From: Heptranchias perlo
Taxonomy: Eukaryota
Assembly (NCBI RefSeq): GCF_035084215.1
Contig: NW_027138903.1
Location: forward strand, 558,001-622,000
Direction of reading: 5' to 3'
Length of the DNA stretch: 64,000 nucleotides
A program made the translations under genes and the position numbers. This document shows, piece after piece, positions 32,535 through 43,306 of the stretch. The notes under the pieces are model-generated. The model was not told the origin of the DNA, made no database searches, and saw only the letters and a program-made list of their open reading frames with translations. The number at the start of each line of letters is the position of its first letter. The first letter of the stretch is position 1.

Positions 32535-35500
32535 TGAGTACACATTTCGTATCTCTTTTTACATGATCCCTTTCTCTGTGCACATGTTCCCTATCTCTGT
32601 GTACCTGTTTCCTAGCTGTGTACGTGTTCCCTATCTCTATGTACATGACCCTTATCTCTTTGTACATATACCCTATCTCTGTGCATATTATCCCTATCTC
32701 TGTGTACATGTTCCTATCTCTGTGTACACATTTCCTATTTCTGTGTCCATTTTGTGTGTCTCTGTGGACATGTTTCCTATCTCTGTGTATGTTTCCTATC
32801 TCTGTGTACATTTCCTATCTATATACATGTTTCCTATCTGTATGCATGCTTCTGTGAACATGTTTCCTAGCTCTGTGTTCATGTTTCTATCTGTGTACAT
32901 GCTCTCTATCTCTGTGTACATGCTCCCTATCTCTGTGTACATGTTTCCTAGCTCTGTGTGTTTCCTATCTCTGTGTACATATTCCTATCTGTGTACATGT
33001 TTCCTTTCTCTGTGTACATGCTCCCTATCTCTGTGTACATGTTTCCTAGCTCTGTGTGTTTCCTATCTCTGTGTACATATTCCTATCTGTGTACATGTTT
33101 CCTTTCTCTGTGTACATGTTTCCTATCTCTATGTACATGTTCCTATCTGTGTACATGTTTCCTACCTCTGTACATGTTCCCTATCTCAGTGTCCATGTTC
33201 CTATGTGTACATGTCCCTATTGCTGTGTACATTTTCCTATCTGTGTACATGTTTCCTATCTCTGTACATGTTCCCTATTTCTGTGTGCATGTTTCCTATC
33301 TCTGTACATGTTCCCTATCTCTGTACATGTTCCCTATTTCTGAGTACATTTCCTATCTCTGTACATGTTCCCTATTTCTGTGTACGTTTCCTATCTCTGT
33401 GTGCATGTTTCCTATCTCTTTACAAGTTCTCTATTTCTGTGCACATTTCCTATCTCTGTACACGTTTCCTATTTCTGTGTACGTTTCCTATCTCTGTACA
33501 TGTTCCCTATTTCTGTGTACATGTTCCCTATGTGTGTGCATGTTTCCTATCTCTTTACATGTTCCCTATTTCTGTGCACATTTCCTATTTCTGTATACAT
33601 GTTCCCTATTTCTGTACATGTTCCCTATGTGTATGTACGTTTCCTATCTCTGTACATGTTCCCTATTTCTGTACATGTTCCCTATTTCTGTGTGCATGTT
33701 TCCTATCTCTGTACATGTTCCCTATTTCTGTACATGTTCCCTATGTGTATGTACGTTTCCTATCTCTGTACATGTTCCCTATTTCTGTACGTTCCCTATT
33801 TCTTTGTGCATGTTTCCTATCTCTGTACATGTTCCCTATTTCTGTGTACATGTTCCCTATTTCTGTGTGCATGTTTCCTATCTCTGTACATGTTCCCAAT
33901 TTCTGTGTACATGTTTCCTATCTCTGTACATGTTCCCAATTTCTGTGTACATGTTTCCTATCTCTGTACATGTTCCCTATTTCTGTGTACATGTTTCCTA
34001 TCTCTGTACATGTTCCCTATTTCTGTGTCCGTTTCGTAGCTCTGTGTGCATGTTTCCTATCTCTTTACATGTTCCCTATTTCTGTGCACATTTCCTATTT
34101 CTGTATACATGTTCCCTATTTCTGTACATGTTCCCTATGTGTATGTACGTTTCCTATCTCTGTACATGTTCCCTATTTCTGTACATGTTCCCTATTTCTG
34201 TGTGCATGTTTCCTATCTCTGTACATGTTCCCTATTTCTGTACATGTTCCCTATGTGTATGTACGTTTCCTATCTCTGTACATGTTCCCTATTTCTGTAC
34301 GTTCCCTATTTCTTTGTGCATGTTTCCTATCTCTGTACATGTTCCCTATTTCTGTGTACATGTTCCCTATTTCTGTGTGCATGTTTCCTATCTCTGTACA
34401 TGTTCCCAATTTCTGTGTACATGTTTCCTATCTCTGTACATGTTCCCAATTTCTGTGTACATGTTTCCTATCTCTGTACATGTTCCCTATTTCTGTGTCC
34501 GTTTCCTAGCTCTGTGTGCATGTTTCCTATCTCTTTACATGTTCCCTATTTTTGTGCACGTTTCCTATCTCTGTACACGTTTCCTATTTCTGTGTACATG
34601 TTCCCTATTTCTGTGTACGTTTCCTATTTCTGTATACATGTTCCCTATTTCTGTACATGTTCCTTATGTGTATGTACGTTTCCTATCTCTGTACATGTTC
34701 CCTATTTCTGTACATGTTCCCTATTTCTGTGTGCATGTTTCCTATCTCTGTACATGTTCCCTATTTCTGTACATGTTCCCTATGTGTATGTACGTTTCCT
34801 ATCTCTGTACATGTTCCCTATTTCTGTACGTTCCCTATTTCTGTGTGCATGTTTCCTATCTCTGTACATGTTCCCTATTTCTGTGTACATGTTCCCTATT
34901 TCTGTGTGCATGTTTCCTATCTCTGTACATGTTCCCTATTTCTGTGTACATGTTCCCTATTTCTGTGTGCATGTTTCCTATCTCTGTACATGTTCCCAAT
35001 TTCTGTGTACATGTTTCCTATCTCTGTACATGTTCCCAATTTCTGTGTACATGTTTCCTATCTCTGTACATGTTCCCAATTTCTGTGTACATGTTTCCTA
35101 TCTCTGTACATGTTCCCTATTTCTGTGCACATGTTTCCTATCTCTTTACATGTTCCCTATTTCTGTACACGTTTCCTATCTCTGTACATGTTCCCTATTT
35201 CTGTACATGTTCCCTATTTCTGTGTGCATGTTTCCTATCTCTGTACATGTTCCCTATTTCTGTACATGTTCCCTATGTGTATGTACGTTTCCTATCTCTG
35301 TACATGTTCCCTATTTCTGTACGTTCCCTATTTCTGTGTGCATGTTTCCTATCTCTGTACATGTTCCCTATTTCTGTGTACATGTTCCCTATTTCTGTGT
35401 GCATGTTTCCTATCTCTGTACATGTTCCCTATTTCTGTGTACATGTTCCCTATTTCTGTGTGCATGTTTCCTATCTCTGTACATGTTCCCAATTTCTGTG

Positions 35501-35725
35501 TACATGTTTCCTATCTCTGTACATGTTCCCAATTTCTGTGTACATGTTTCCTATCTCTGTACATGTTCCCAATTTCTGTGTACATGTTTCCTATCTCTGT
35601 ACATGTTCCCTATTTCTGTGCACATGTTTCCTATCTCTTTACATGTTCCCTATCTCTGTACACGTTTCCTATCTCTGTACACGTTCCCTATTACTGTATA
35701 CATGTTCCCTATTTCTGTGTACATG
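32535..35725. repeat. 21-23-bp minisatellite (TGTACATGTTCCCTATTTC(TG) / TGTACATGTTTCCTATCTC) with ~470-510 bp higher-order blocks
   Basis: Direct tandem periodicity, degenerate at the left end. The diagnostic variant CTCTTTACAT recurs at ~33551, 34061 and 34531. Confidence 0.95.
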
Positions 35726-35768
35726 GCTGTAACTATTTGAGTCGAGCCCAGCCCTGTACTGGGGCCTG

Positions 35769-35780
35769 AGTTTCGCTTTC
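35769..35780 (+). promoter_or_regulatory. ISRE of the B2M promoter
   Basis: AGTTTCGCTTTC matches the ISRE consensus AGTTTCNNTTTC and lies upstream of the X-Y module, as in MHC class I and B2M promoters. Confidence 0.85.
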
Positions 35781-35808
35781 TCTGCTCTGCTCACACTCCC
35801 CCGATTCA

Positions 35809-35872
35809 CAAACTCTACAGCGGCGTTTTACCCGGAGACCGATGACCCATACCGTGCGGATACAGTGATTGG
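35809..35872 (+). promoter_or_regulatory. SXY (RFX/CREB/NF-Y) enhanceosome module of B2M
   Basis: X1 CCCGGAGACCGATG (35831-35844), X2-like TGACCCA, a 20-bp spacer, then Y GTGATTGG (35865-35872). A weak S-like CAAACTC lies at 35809-35815. Confidence 0.8.
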
Positions 35873-35887
35873 TTCCCATGCGGCAGT

Positions 35888-35970
35888 GGGCGGGGCGGAG
35901 CTCGGCTCCTTTTTTTCTGATTGGTGTTTAGGCGGCTGTTTGTTGCCGTTTAATCGGGAACCCAGGAAGT
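35888..35970 (+). promoter_or_regulatory. B2M proximal promoter elements: GC boxes, second inverted CCAAT, ETS site
   Basis: GGGCGGGGCGG (35888-35898), CTGATTGG (35917-35924) and CAGGAAGT (35963-35970) in a CpG-rich segment. No obvious TATA box. Confidence 0.6.
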
Positions 35971-35986
35971 GAGGGGCAGTTTCATA

Positions 35987-36321
35987 GCGGAGTGAGAGCG
36001 GAGTGGACTGAGTGTAAAGCCGGAGTGAGAGCGGAGTGGACTGAGTGTAAAGCCGGAGTGAGAGCGGAGTGGACTGGAGTGGACTGAGTGTAAAGCCGGA
36101 GTGGACTGAGTGTAAAGCCGGAGTGGACTGAGTGTAAAGCCGGAGTGAGAGCGGACTGGACTGAGTGTAAAGCCGGAGTGGACTGAGTGTAAAGCCGGAG
36201 TGGACTGAGTGTAAAGCCGGAGTGAGAGCGGACTGGACTGAGTGTAAAGCCGGAGTGGACTGAGTGTAAAGCCGGAGTGAGAGCGGAGTGGACTGGACTG
36301 GACTGAGTGTAAAGCCGGAGT
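35987..36321. repeat. Composite 22/11-bp tandem repeat between the B2M promoter and its ATG
   Basis: Units CGGAGTGGACTGAGTGTAAAGC interspersed with CGGAGTGAGAG and GGACT. Confidence 0.92.
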
Positions 36322-36347
36322 CTCTGCCCCACCATACAATTACAATC

Positions 36348-36396
36348 ATGCTGATGATCGTAGTCCTGGCCTCGCTCCTGGCCACCTGCCTGGCGG
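36348..36396 (+). CDS. B2M: B2M coding exon 1 (signal peptide MLMIVVLASLLATCLA + 1 nt)
   Basis: Hydrophobic leader after ACAATCATG. It ends in a strong phase-1 donor G|GTAAGT and joins exon 2 in frame (G+AT=Asp). Confidence 0.88.
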
Positions 36397-36537
36397 GTAA
36401 GTGTCCGTGGTGTGAAGGAGCAGCCCGGGGTGGGAGGGCGGTCGGTCGGCACCGGAGTCCCCGGGGCTGCCCCCCTGTTGCTGCTTTTAGGAAATCATTT
36501 TTAGCAAATAATTTACAATACAGATAGGGGTCATTCA

Positions 36538-37710
36538 CCCCATTGCCCCCTGTACCCTCTCTCTGAAAGAGATCACCCCTTAGTCCCATTCCCTGCCCTT
36601 TCCTTATCGCCCCCTGTACCCTCTCTCTGAAAGAGATCACCCCTTAGTCCCATTTCCTGCCCTTTCCTTATCGCCACCGTGCCCTCTCTCTGAGATCACC
36701 CCCTTAGTCCCATTCCCTGCCCTTTCCCTATCGCCACCGTGCCCTCTCTCTGAAAGAGATCACCCCTTAGTCCCATTCCCTGCCCTTTCCCTATCGCCAC
36801 CGTGCCCTCTCTCTGAAAGAGATCACCCCTTAGTCCCATTTCCTGCCCTTTCCTTATCGCCACCGTGCCCTCTCTCTGAGATCACCCCCTTAGTCCCATT
36901 CCCTGCCCTTTCCCTATTGCCACTGTGCCCTCTCTCTGAGATCACCCCCTTAGTCCCATTCCCTGCCCTTTCCTTATCGCCACTGTGCCCTCTCTCTGAG
37001 ATCACCCCCTTAGTCCCATTCCCTGCCCTTTCCTTATCGCCACTGTGCCCTCTCTCTGAAAGAGATTATCCCTTAGTCCCATTCCCTGCCCTTTCCCTAT
37101 TGCCACTGTGCCCTCTCTCTGAGATCACCCCCTTAGTCCCATTCCCTGCCCTTTCCTTATCGCCACCGTGCCCTCTCTCTGAGATCACCCCCTTAGCCCC
37201 ATTCCCTGCCCTTTCCCTATTGCCACTGTGCCCTCTCTCTGAGATCACCCCCTTAGCCCCATTCCCTGCCCTTTCCCTATTGCCACTGTGCCCTCTCTCT
37301 GAGATCACCCCCTTAGTCCCATTCCCTGCCCTTTCCCTATTGCCACTGTGCCCTCTCTCTGAGATCACCCCCTTAGTCCCATTTCCTGCCCTTTCCCTAT
37401 CGCCACCGTGCCCTCTCTCTGAAAGAGATCACCCCTTAGTCCCATTCCCTGCCCTTTCCCCATCGCCCCCCTGTGCCCTCTCTCGGAAAGAGTTCGCCCC
37501 CCCCCCCTTAGTCCCATTCCCTGCCCTTACCCTATCGCCGTCATGCCCTCTCTCTGAGATCCCCCCCCCTTAGTCCCATTCCCTGCCCTTACCCTATCGC
37601 CGTTATGCCCTCTCTCTGAGATCACCCCCTTAGTCCCATTCCCTGCCCTTTCCCCATTGCCACCATGCCCTCTTTCTGAAAGAGATTATCCCTTAGTCCC
37701 ATTCCCTGCC
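36538..37710. repeat. ~60-62-bp pyrimidine-rich minisatellite in B2M intron 1
   Basis: Unit GAGATCACCCCCTTAGTCCCATTCCCTGCCCTTTCCCTATTGCCACTGTGCCCTCTCTCT. Confidence 0.95.
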
Positions 37711-38227
37711 AAAATGCCAGTAGACTGAGCTTTGACACTGCAGGGAGCAGTGAATGAGTCACCAGATTTATAGTTCGGAATGGAGGAGGAACCCATTACT
37801 TTCTGAAGGGGGATCACTGTGGAATGGAGAAGTTTGGACAATGCTTAGGGGGTCCTTATTGCTTTTCCCCAGATAATGTTGAATTTATGAAACCCCCAAC
37901 CCCCCAGGACAGATTCCTTCTGCCTGCTAAACATAGCCATTGTGTAAATGTGTTTGCGAGTTTGGTACACACAGTGAACAGGAAACCCATTCCCAAGGGT
38001 TGGGTTTGTGCTGTTATGACACAGAGTGACCAGAGGTTTCCCATTAGAGCTGTGCACTTAAATCACCAGAACTCCTCAACTTCTTCAAACCTTCCTTCCG
38101 TTTTCTTCAGATATCAGTTCAGCCTTTTACTTTTGTCTTTCTTCTCGCACTGTTTATTTTGTTTTCAGTATCCTGTTCTTCTCACCACTATTACTCCACA
38201 CTGCACTCTTCTTTTTCACCAATGTCA

Positions 38228-39145
38228 GTGGGACTGAGTGATCCCAGTCAATGTACAGATATCTCCCAGAGAGTGGGACTGGGAGACCCAATGTGTGTAC
38301 AGATATCTCCCAGAGAGTGGGACTGGGAGACCCAATGTGTGTACAGATATCTCCCAGAGAGTGGGACTGGGAGACCCAATGTGTGTACAGATATCTCCCA
38401 GAGAGTGGGACTGGGAGACCCAATGTGTGTACAGATATCTCCCAGAGAGTGGGACTGGGAGACCCAATGTGTGTACAGATATCTCCCAGAGAGTGGGACT
38501 GGGAGACCCAATGTGTGTACAGATATCTCCCAGAGAGTGGGACTGGGAGACCCAATGTGTGTACAGATATCTCCCAGAGAGTGGGACTGGGAGACCCAAT
38601 GTGTGTACAGATATCTCCCAGAGAGTGGGACTGGGAGACCCAATGTGTGTACAGATATCTCCCAGAGAGTGGGACTGGGAGACCCAATGTGTGTACAGAT
38701 ATCTCCCAGAGAGTGGGACTGGGAGACCCCAGTCAGTGTATGGATTTCTCCCAGAGAGTGGGACTGGGAGACCCAATGTGTGTACAGATATCTCCCAGAG
38801 AGTGGGACTGGGAGACCCCAGTCAGTGTATGGATTTCTCCCAGAGAGTGGGACTGGGAGACCCCAGTCAGTGTATGGATTTCTCCCAGAGAGTGGGACTG
38901 GGAGACCCCAGTCAGTGTATGGATTTCTCCCAGAGAGTGGGACTGGGAGACCCCAGTCAGTGTATGGATTTCTCCCAGAGAGTGGGACTGGGAGACCCCA
39001 GTCAGTGTATGGATTTCTCCCAGAGAGTGGGACTGGGAGACTCCAGTCAGTGTATGGATTTCTCCCAGAGAGTGGGACTGGGAGACCCCAGTCAGTGTAT
39101 GGATTTCTCCCAGCCCTAGTGTCTGGGAGACCCCAGTCAGTGTTG
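38228..39145. repeat. 44/45-bp minisatellite in B2M intron 1
   Basis: 44-bp unit TGTGTACAGATATCTCCCAGAGAGTGGGACTGGGAGACCCAATG on the left and a 45-bp variant on the right. Confidence 0.95.
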
Positions 39146-39209
39146 GTGTTGGATTTGAATGCAGTTGGTATTAATTTGCACTCACCCCGTCCCTCCTGTG
39201 TGTCCCTAG

Positions 39210-39482
39210 ATGCTCCCGAGGTACAGATCTATACCTACAAACCTGCTAAGGATGGAGAGTTAAACGTTCTGCTCTGCCATGCCAAACGTTTCAGCCCCCC
39301 TAACATCAAGCTGCAGCTGTTGGAGGATGGAAAAATCATGTCTGAAGCCAAACAGACTGACCTCTCCTTCGAGTCAGACTGGAGTTTCAAGCTGACCACG
39401 TTTGTGGATTTTGTCCCCAAGAGCGGAATGAAGTATACCTGCAAGGTTGAACATGGCAGCGCCTCCAGAGACCTGCAGTGGG
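39210..39482 (+). CDS. B2M: B2M coding exon 2 (Ig C1-set domain)
   Basis: Acceptor CCCTAG| and donor G|GTGAGT, 273 nt, phase 1-1. Encodes (D)APEVQIYTYKPAKDGELNVLLCHAKRFSPPNIKLQLLEDGKIMSEAKQTDLSFESDWSFKLTTFVDFVPKSGMKYTCKVEHGSASRDLQW, with the B2M hallmarks PxVQxY, NxLxC, FxPPxI, DLSFxxDWSF, YxCxVxH and terminal W. Confidence 0.97.
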
Positions 39483-39791
39483 GTGAGTAATCTGTCTGTT
39501 CATCGTGGATAGAGTGCATCAACGTCCGCAGCTCGCACACCCAACTCAATCCTCCACACACATTCTGGTAAACACAGACTCCTCCTCAACCGAACATCTG
39601 GCATCAACCCCTCGATTAGATTCCAGCCTGTAACTCACTCCATTATCCTATATATAAACCATCAGAACCGCTTGGGTACTATTGCACATTTAATTTTCCC
39701 CTGTATAAAGAGCATGTACAGTAACAGGTTACACTGACAGAGTTCCTGTGGCTCAGTGATTTCGCAAATCATTTGAGCTTTGAGCACAGCA

Positions 39792-40135
39792 AGACAATGA
39801 CCAGAGAATCTGTCTTGGGTGTTAATTGAGGGATAAATATTGGGCCCAGGACCTGGAGAGATCTCCCCTACTCTTCTTCGAAATAGTGCCTTGGGATCTT
39901 TTACATCCACCTGAGAGCACAGACGGGGCCTCGGTTTAACATCTCATCTGGTAAACTGCACCCCCGCCAGAGCAGCGCCCCCTCAGTGCTGGCCCCCCGA
40001 CAGGGCAGCATTTCCTCAGTATTGCCCTGAAATGTCAGCCTAGATTGTGTGTTCAAGTCTCCTGGAGTGGGGTTTGAACCCACAACCTTCTGACTCAGAA
40101 GCGTGCATGCTACCCACTGAGCCATGGCTGACACC
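39792..40135 (-). mobile_element. tRNA-derived Deu-domain SINE (SacSINE1/AmnSINE1-related) in B2M intron 2
   Basis: Minus strand has Pol III A box TGGCTCAGTGG (40114-40124) and B box GGTTCAAACC (40071-40080). These are followed by a Deu-like core (TTAAACCGAGGCCCCGTCTG...CAGGTGGATGTAAAAGATCCCA...GCACTATTTCGAAGAAGAG...AATATTTATCCCTCAA). Confidence 0.85.
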
Positions 40136-40249
40136 TAAAATCACACTGTTACAGAGTAATCAACACTCTGGATACAATCTCTGTGCAATGTCTATCTGAA
40201 GATGCTGACCTGTTTATCTCACTCATTAATCCAGGCAGATTTCTTTCAG

Positions 40250-40540
40250 AACATAATATTTTGGGGTCCAGTATATGAGTAATTTGAGACATGACATGTG
40301 GTGAGTGTAACAGGCTGGGGAGGAACAGGTGACTTTGGATCTACGGTTCCTAAATCTCTCCACCACTGGGGGTTTTCCTCACCTCATGTCTGGGTCTGTT
40401 GTAGACACATTGATGGAGACTGATTGCTCTGATTAATCAACAACTCCATTATCGTTGTATCATGTGATTACCAGGATGGTAGAAGGCGGACTTGATGGGC
40501 CCTGGTCTTTCTCCATCCAGTAATTCCGATATTCCTAAAT
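40250..40540 (+). mobile_element. Probable degenerate retroposon 3' fragment with a CR1-like tail
   Basis: Ends in GGACTTGATGGGCCCTGGTCTT...ATTCCGATATTCCTA, which resembles CR1 3' hairpin/tail motifs. The family and the 5' boundary are uncertain. Confidence 0.35.
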
Positions 40541-40650
40541 GGGAATTGAAGCCTGAGTGACTGGAGACACTCGGCAGGTGTGTGTTATGGGAATTGACCT
40601 CTTGTTGGTCACAGACTAATGATGATGTTTCTTTCTGCTTTCACCCACAG

Positions 40651-40667
40651 ACATGAATGGCTATTAA
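40651..40667 (+). CDS. B2M: B2M coding exon 3 (DMNGY-stop; exon continues as UTR to 40686)
   Basis: Polypyrimidine tract plus CCCACAG| acceptor. G+AC ATG AAT GGC TAT TAA gives W-D-M-N-G-Y* (human ends WDRDM*). Donor GAG|GTAAGT at 40686/40687. Confidence 0.88.
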
Positions 40668-40784
40668 CTAGCCTGCCGCAGCAGAGGTAAGTACTATCTC
40701 ACAGCTCAGCCATGGTTACTGAAGGGACGTGTTTCAGCACAACATTCAAACGCCACGCACTTTCTTCCTCTTTTTGTTTTGCAG

Positions 40785-41880
40785 CCACTGGACACCGCAG
40801 TGAGACTATTGAATGAATCGATCACTTCCGGTTCAACATCTTTCCAGATTGAAACTTTTAAAATGAATAAATAAATTGATATTGGTGTTGATCTACTTGT
40901 TTGCTTTTGGTTCTGTAATCTCTGTCATTTATGCCCTGGATTTCTCACTCAGGCTGGGCATGGTTTTAGCGTATTGACCAGGTCTGCCAGTGAAATTGTG
41001 AAGAGCTGTCCCATTAGATTTGAAATTTCACTCCCAGCTGCTCCACAGGGGCTGGGATCCCCTGTAAATTAACACAAAAGCAGGAAATGAGAGTAAGTAA
41101 AGCCCAGTGAAACTCTCAGCCGATTCATATATCACCTCGTTATAGGCTGCAAACAGAAGCATTAGGAGTTGCCAGGATCTCTCCTTCTGATGATAGTCTG
41201 TTGAGAGTTAGAGACCTCAATTTCCCAAGTGTGAGGTATCTGAGGGAGGAACCCAGGACAACTCCACTCAAATAGTTTGAAGATTTTATATCAGTGTTTG
41301 GTTTAATTTTGAAGCTTTTGTTTTTCTGAACTGCAAGCAGCATATGCTCATCTTATTCCCTGCTCTGTTTACCTGAGTACCCCACACAGCAGGAGTCACA
41401 GCAACTTCTGTCTGTAACAGCCCCAGACCTCACAGCTGAGTGTCCCATGGCTCCTGTTCTGGATATTGGGGTTCTGTTCCATTTGGAATCTCTCAGGTCA
41501 GAGAGCACTCACCCCATCTGCCCTTTTCCCACCTGGCTTCCATTCCACCCCGCTGATTCCCCGGGGAACCCTGCAACGTTTTAGGGGAATATCAGGCTAG
41601 TTTGGTGCCTTGGAGTGTTTTGAGGTGTTGGGGCCTCACGGTTTGCTGTAGTATAGAGATTAACGGCACATATTAACTTTTGGAGTGCCTTCTGTAAATC
41701 ATTAGTCTAGTTAAGAACTCAACGCTGAATATTGTGAACTTATGCAACTGGGAATTGTGGGATTCAGAGTATAATGCTATTGATAAGAATTAGCTTTGAA
41801 TTTTGTGTAATGCATGCACAATTCTCTGCTGTTCTCTGTATGCTGAATGGTATGAATAAAATATTCCTCCTTTATCTCCT
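40785..41880 (+). other. B2M: B2M non-coding exon 4 (3' UTR) with two candidate poly(A) signals
   Basis: Acceptor TTTTTGTTTTGCAG| at 40784/40785. AATAAA at 40866-40871 and 41855-41860, each followed by T/GT-rich sequence. The 3' end is uncertain. Confidence 0.7.
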
Positions 41881-41977
41881 TGTTTTCTCATTTATAAGCC
41901 CTGTTTAATCCTGAGAACACAACAAACTGGGCCGCCTAGCGTCAGTAATCCCAGATTGGTATGACCAGGTTAAAGGT

Positions 41978-42405
41978 AGCAGCCTGGAAAGGGCTGGGTG
42001 ATAATTCAGCCTGGAAAGGGCTGGGTGATAATCGAGTCTGGAAAGGACTGGGTGATAATTCAGCCTGGAAAGGGGTGGGTGATAATCGAGCCTGGAAAGG
42101 GGAGGGTGATAATCCAGCCTGGAAAGGGCTGCGGGTGATAATCCAGCCTGGAAAGGGCTGCGGGTGATAATCCAGCCTGGAAAGGGCTGCGGGTGATAAT
42201 CCAGCCTGGAAAGGGCTGCGGGTGATAATCGAGCCTGGAAAGGGCTGCGGGTGATAATCGAGCCTGGAAAGGGCTGCGGGTGATAATCGAGTCTGGAAAG
42301 GGCTGCGGGTGATAATCCAGCCTGGAAAGGGCTGCGGGTGATAATCCAGCCTGGAAATGACCGGGTCATAATTCAGTCTGGAAAGGGCTGCGGGTGATAA
42401 TTCAG
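41978..42405. repeat. 27-29-bp minisatellite
   Basis: Unit CAGCCTGGAAAGGGCTGCGGGTGATAATC. Confidence 0.93.
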
Positions 42406-42724
42406 TGAGGGAGACTCCACCTTCCCTCATTCAGGCATGAACCCAAATTCTTGTAGAGAAGTTTTTAGGAGTGTTCAGGTGTCACAATTCGTACATAAAA
42501 CATCAACAATCCACAGCTGAACAATCTTAAAAAAAATACATCACCCCAGTTCTTTCCTGCTGTTCTATCCCAACCTTCAGGTGATGTGGAACTGTGAAGA
42601 TAACAAGGGGCGGGACCAGGCAGCAGCCAATCTACAGAAGCTTCCAATAACAGACACCTGGGCCTAGTTGGATCACATCACCATAGGCAGTGCCTGGACA
42701 GCAGCAAATCATCAGAGCCATTCA

Positions 42725-43298
42725 CCTGGGTCCCCGAGTGCAGTGCTGTGGGGTAACTGCTAGCTTCAAATACATAGGTTAAGCCCCAACAGGCAGAAAC
42801 GTTATATCAACACAAGCATTTGTCTATTTGACCAGCAGCAATTCTGGGCTGGTGGCCTGTAGAACAGAAGGCAGTGGGTTAATGGGAGCTGGGTTCCAAT
42901 GAAGCCCAGATTTGGTGGGATGAAAGTCACTGGGTGGAAGGGTCCCAAATAAAATGAGCATGGGCACAGTTCCTGAAAGCCGACAGCATTAAACTGAAGG
43001 GACGCTGGGGTGATACAGGAGCTGTCACATTGTGATGGTACAAGGTCGTTTCCTGAGGGTCAGAAGGTATAGTGAAACCTTTACTCTGCAACTTACCTAG
43101 GACTCTGCAATACTCAGACAGGGTGCTGGAAATGGCAAAGTCTGCCATTGACCAGCTACAACACACTTACATTTCATTATCAAGAAATTCCTCAATTATA
43201 ACTAGTTTTGAGTGTGGTTTTAAATTGAGCATTTGTGACAGCAGATGTAATGGTCAGAAGTTCCACCGCACATTACTGGGAGACCCTGGACTGTGACA
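42725..43298 (+). repeat. Left arm of a ~575-bp inverted duplication
   Basis: Reverse complement of 46108-46695. The same pseudo-ORF MCCSWSMADF... appears on opposite strands in the two arms. Confidence 0.93.
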
Positions 43299-43306
43299 AC
43301 CTTCTC

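Noticed and set aside
136-32811. Very long ORFs (up to 2809 aa) with LQLTPPDLTNN, ISNSHHPISLT or ELEIVSEIGWC repeats, superficially mucin-, antifreeze- or LRR-like
   Set aside because: They are translations of a 33-bp unit that is stop-free in several frames on both strands. Frames swap at indels, the array is interrupted by LINEs, and there is no non-repeat domain or splice context.
32563-35769. Hydrophobic Cys-rich ORFs resembling membrane proteins
   Set aside because: They are open in all three + frames and are pure tandem-repeat translation.
38159-39490. 443-aa ORF as a repeat-B2M fusion protein
   Set aside because: Only 39210-39482 is exon, bounded by canonical splice sites. The upstream part is open-frame intronic minisatellite.
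40060-40135. tRNA gene
   Set aside because: The A and B boxes belong to the SINE head, which continues into the Deu core, and no full cloverleaf is evident.
41140-41420. Possible minus-strand exons of a convergent gene (67-aa ORF and a 39-nt AG..GT segment)
   Set aside because: No recognisable homology, the implied intron is only ~42 nt, and the region probably lies in the B2M 3' UTR.
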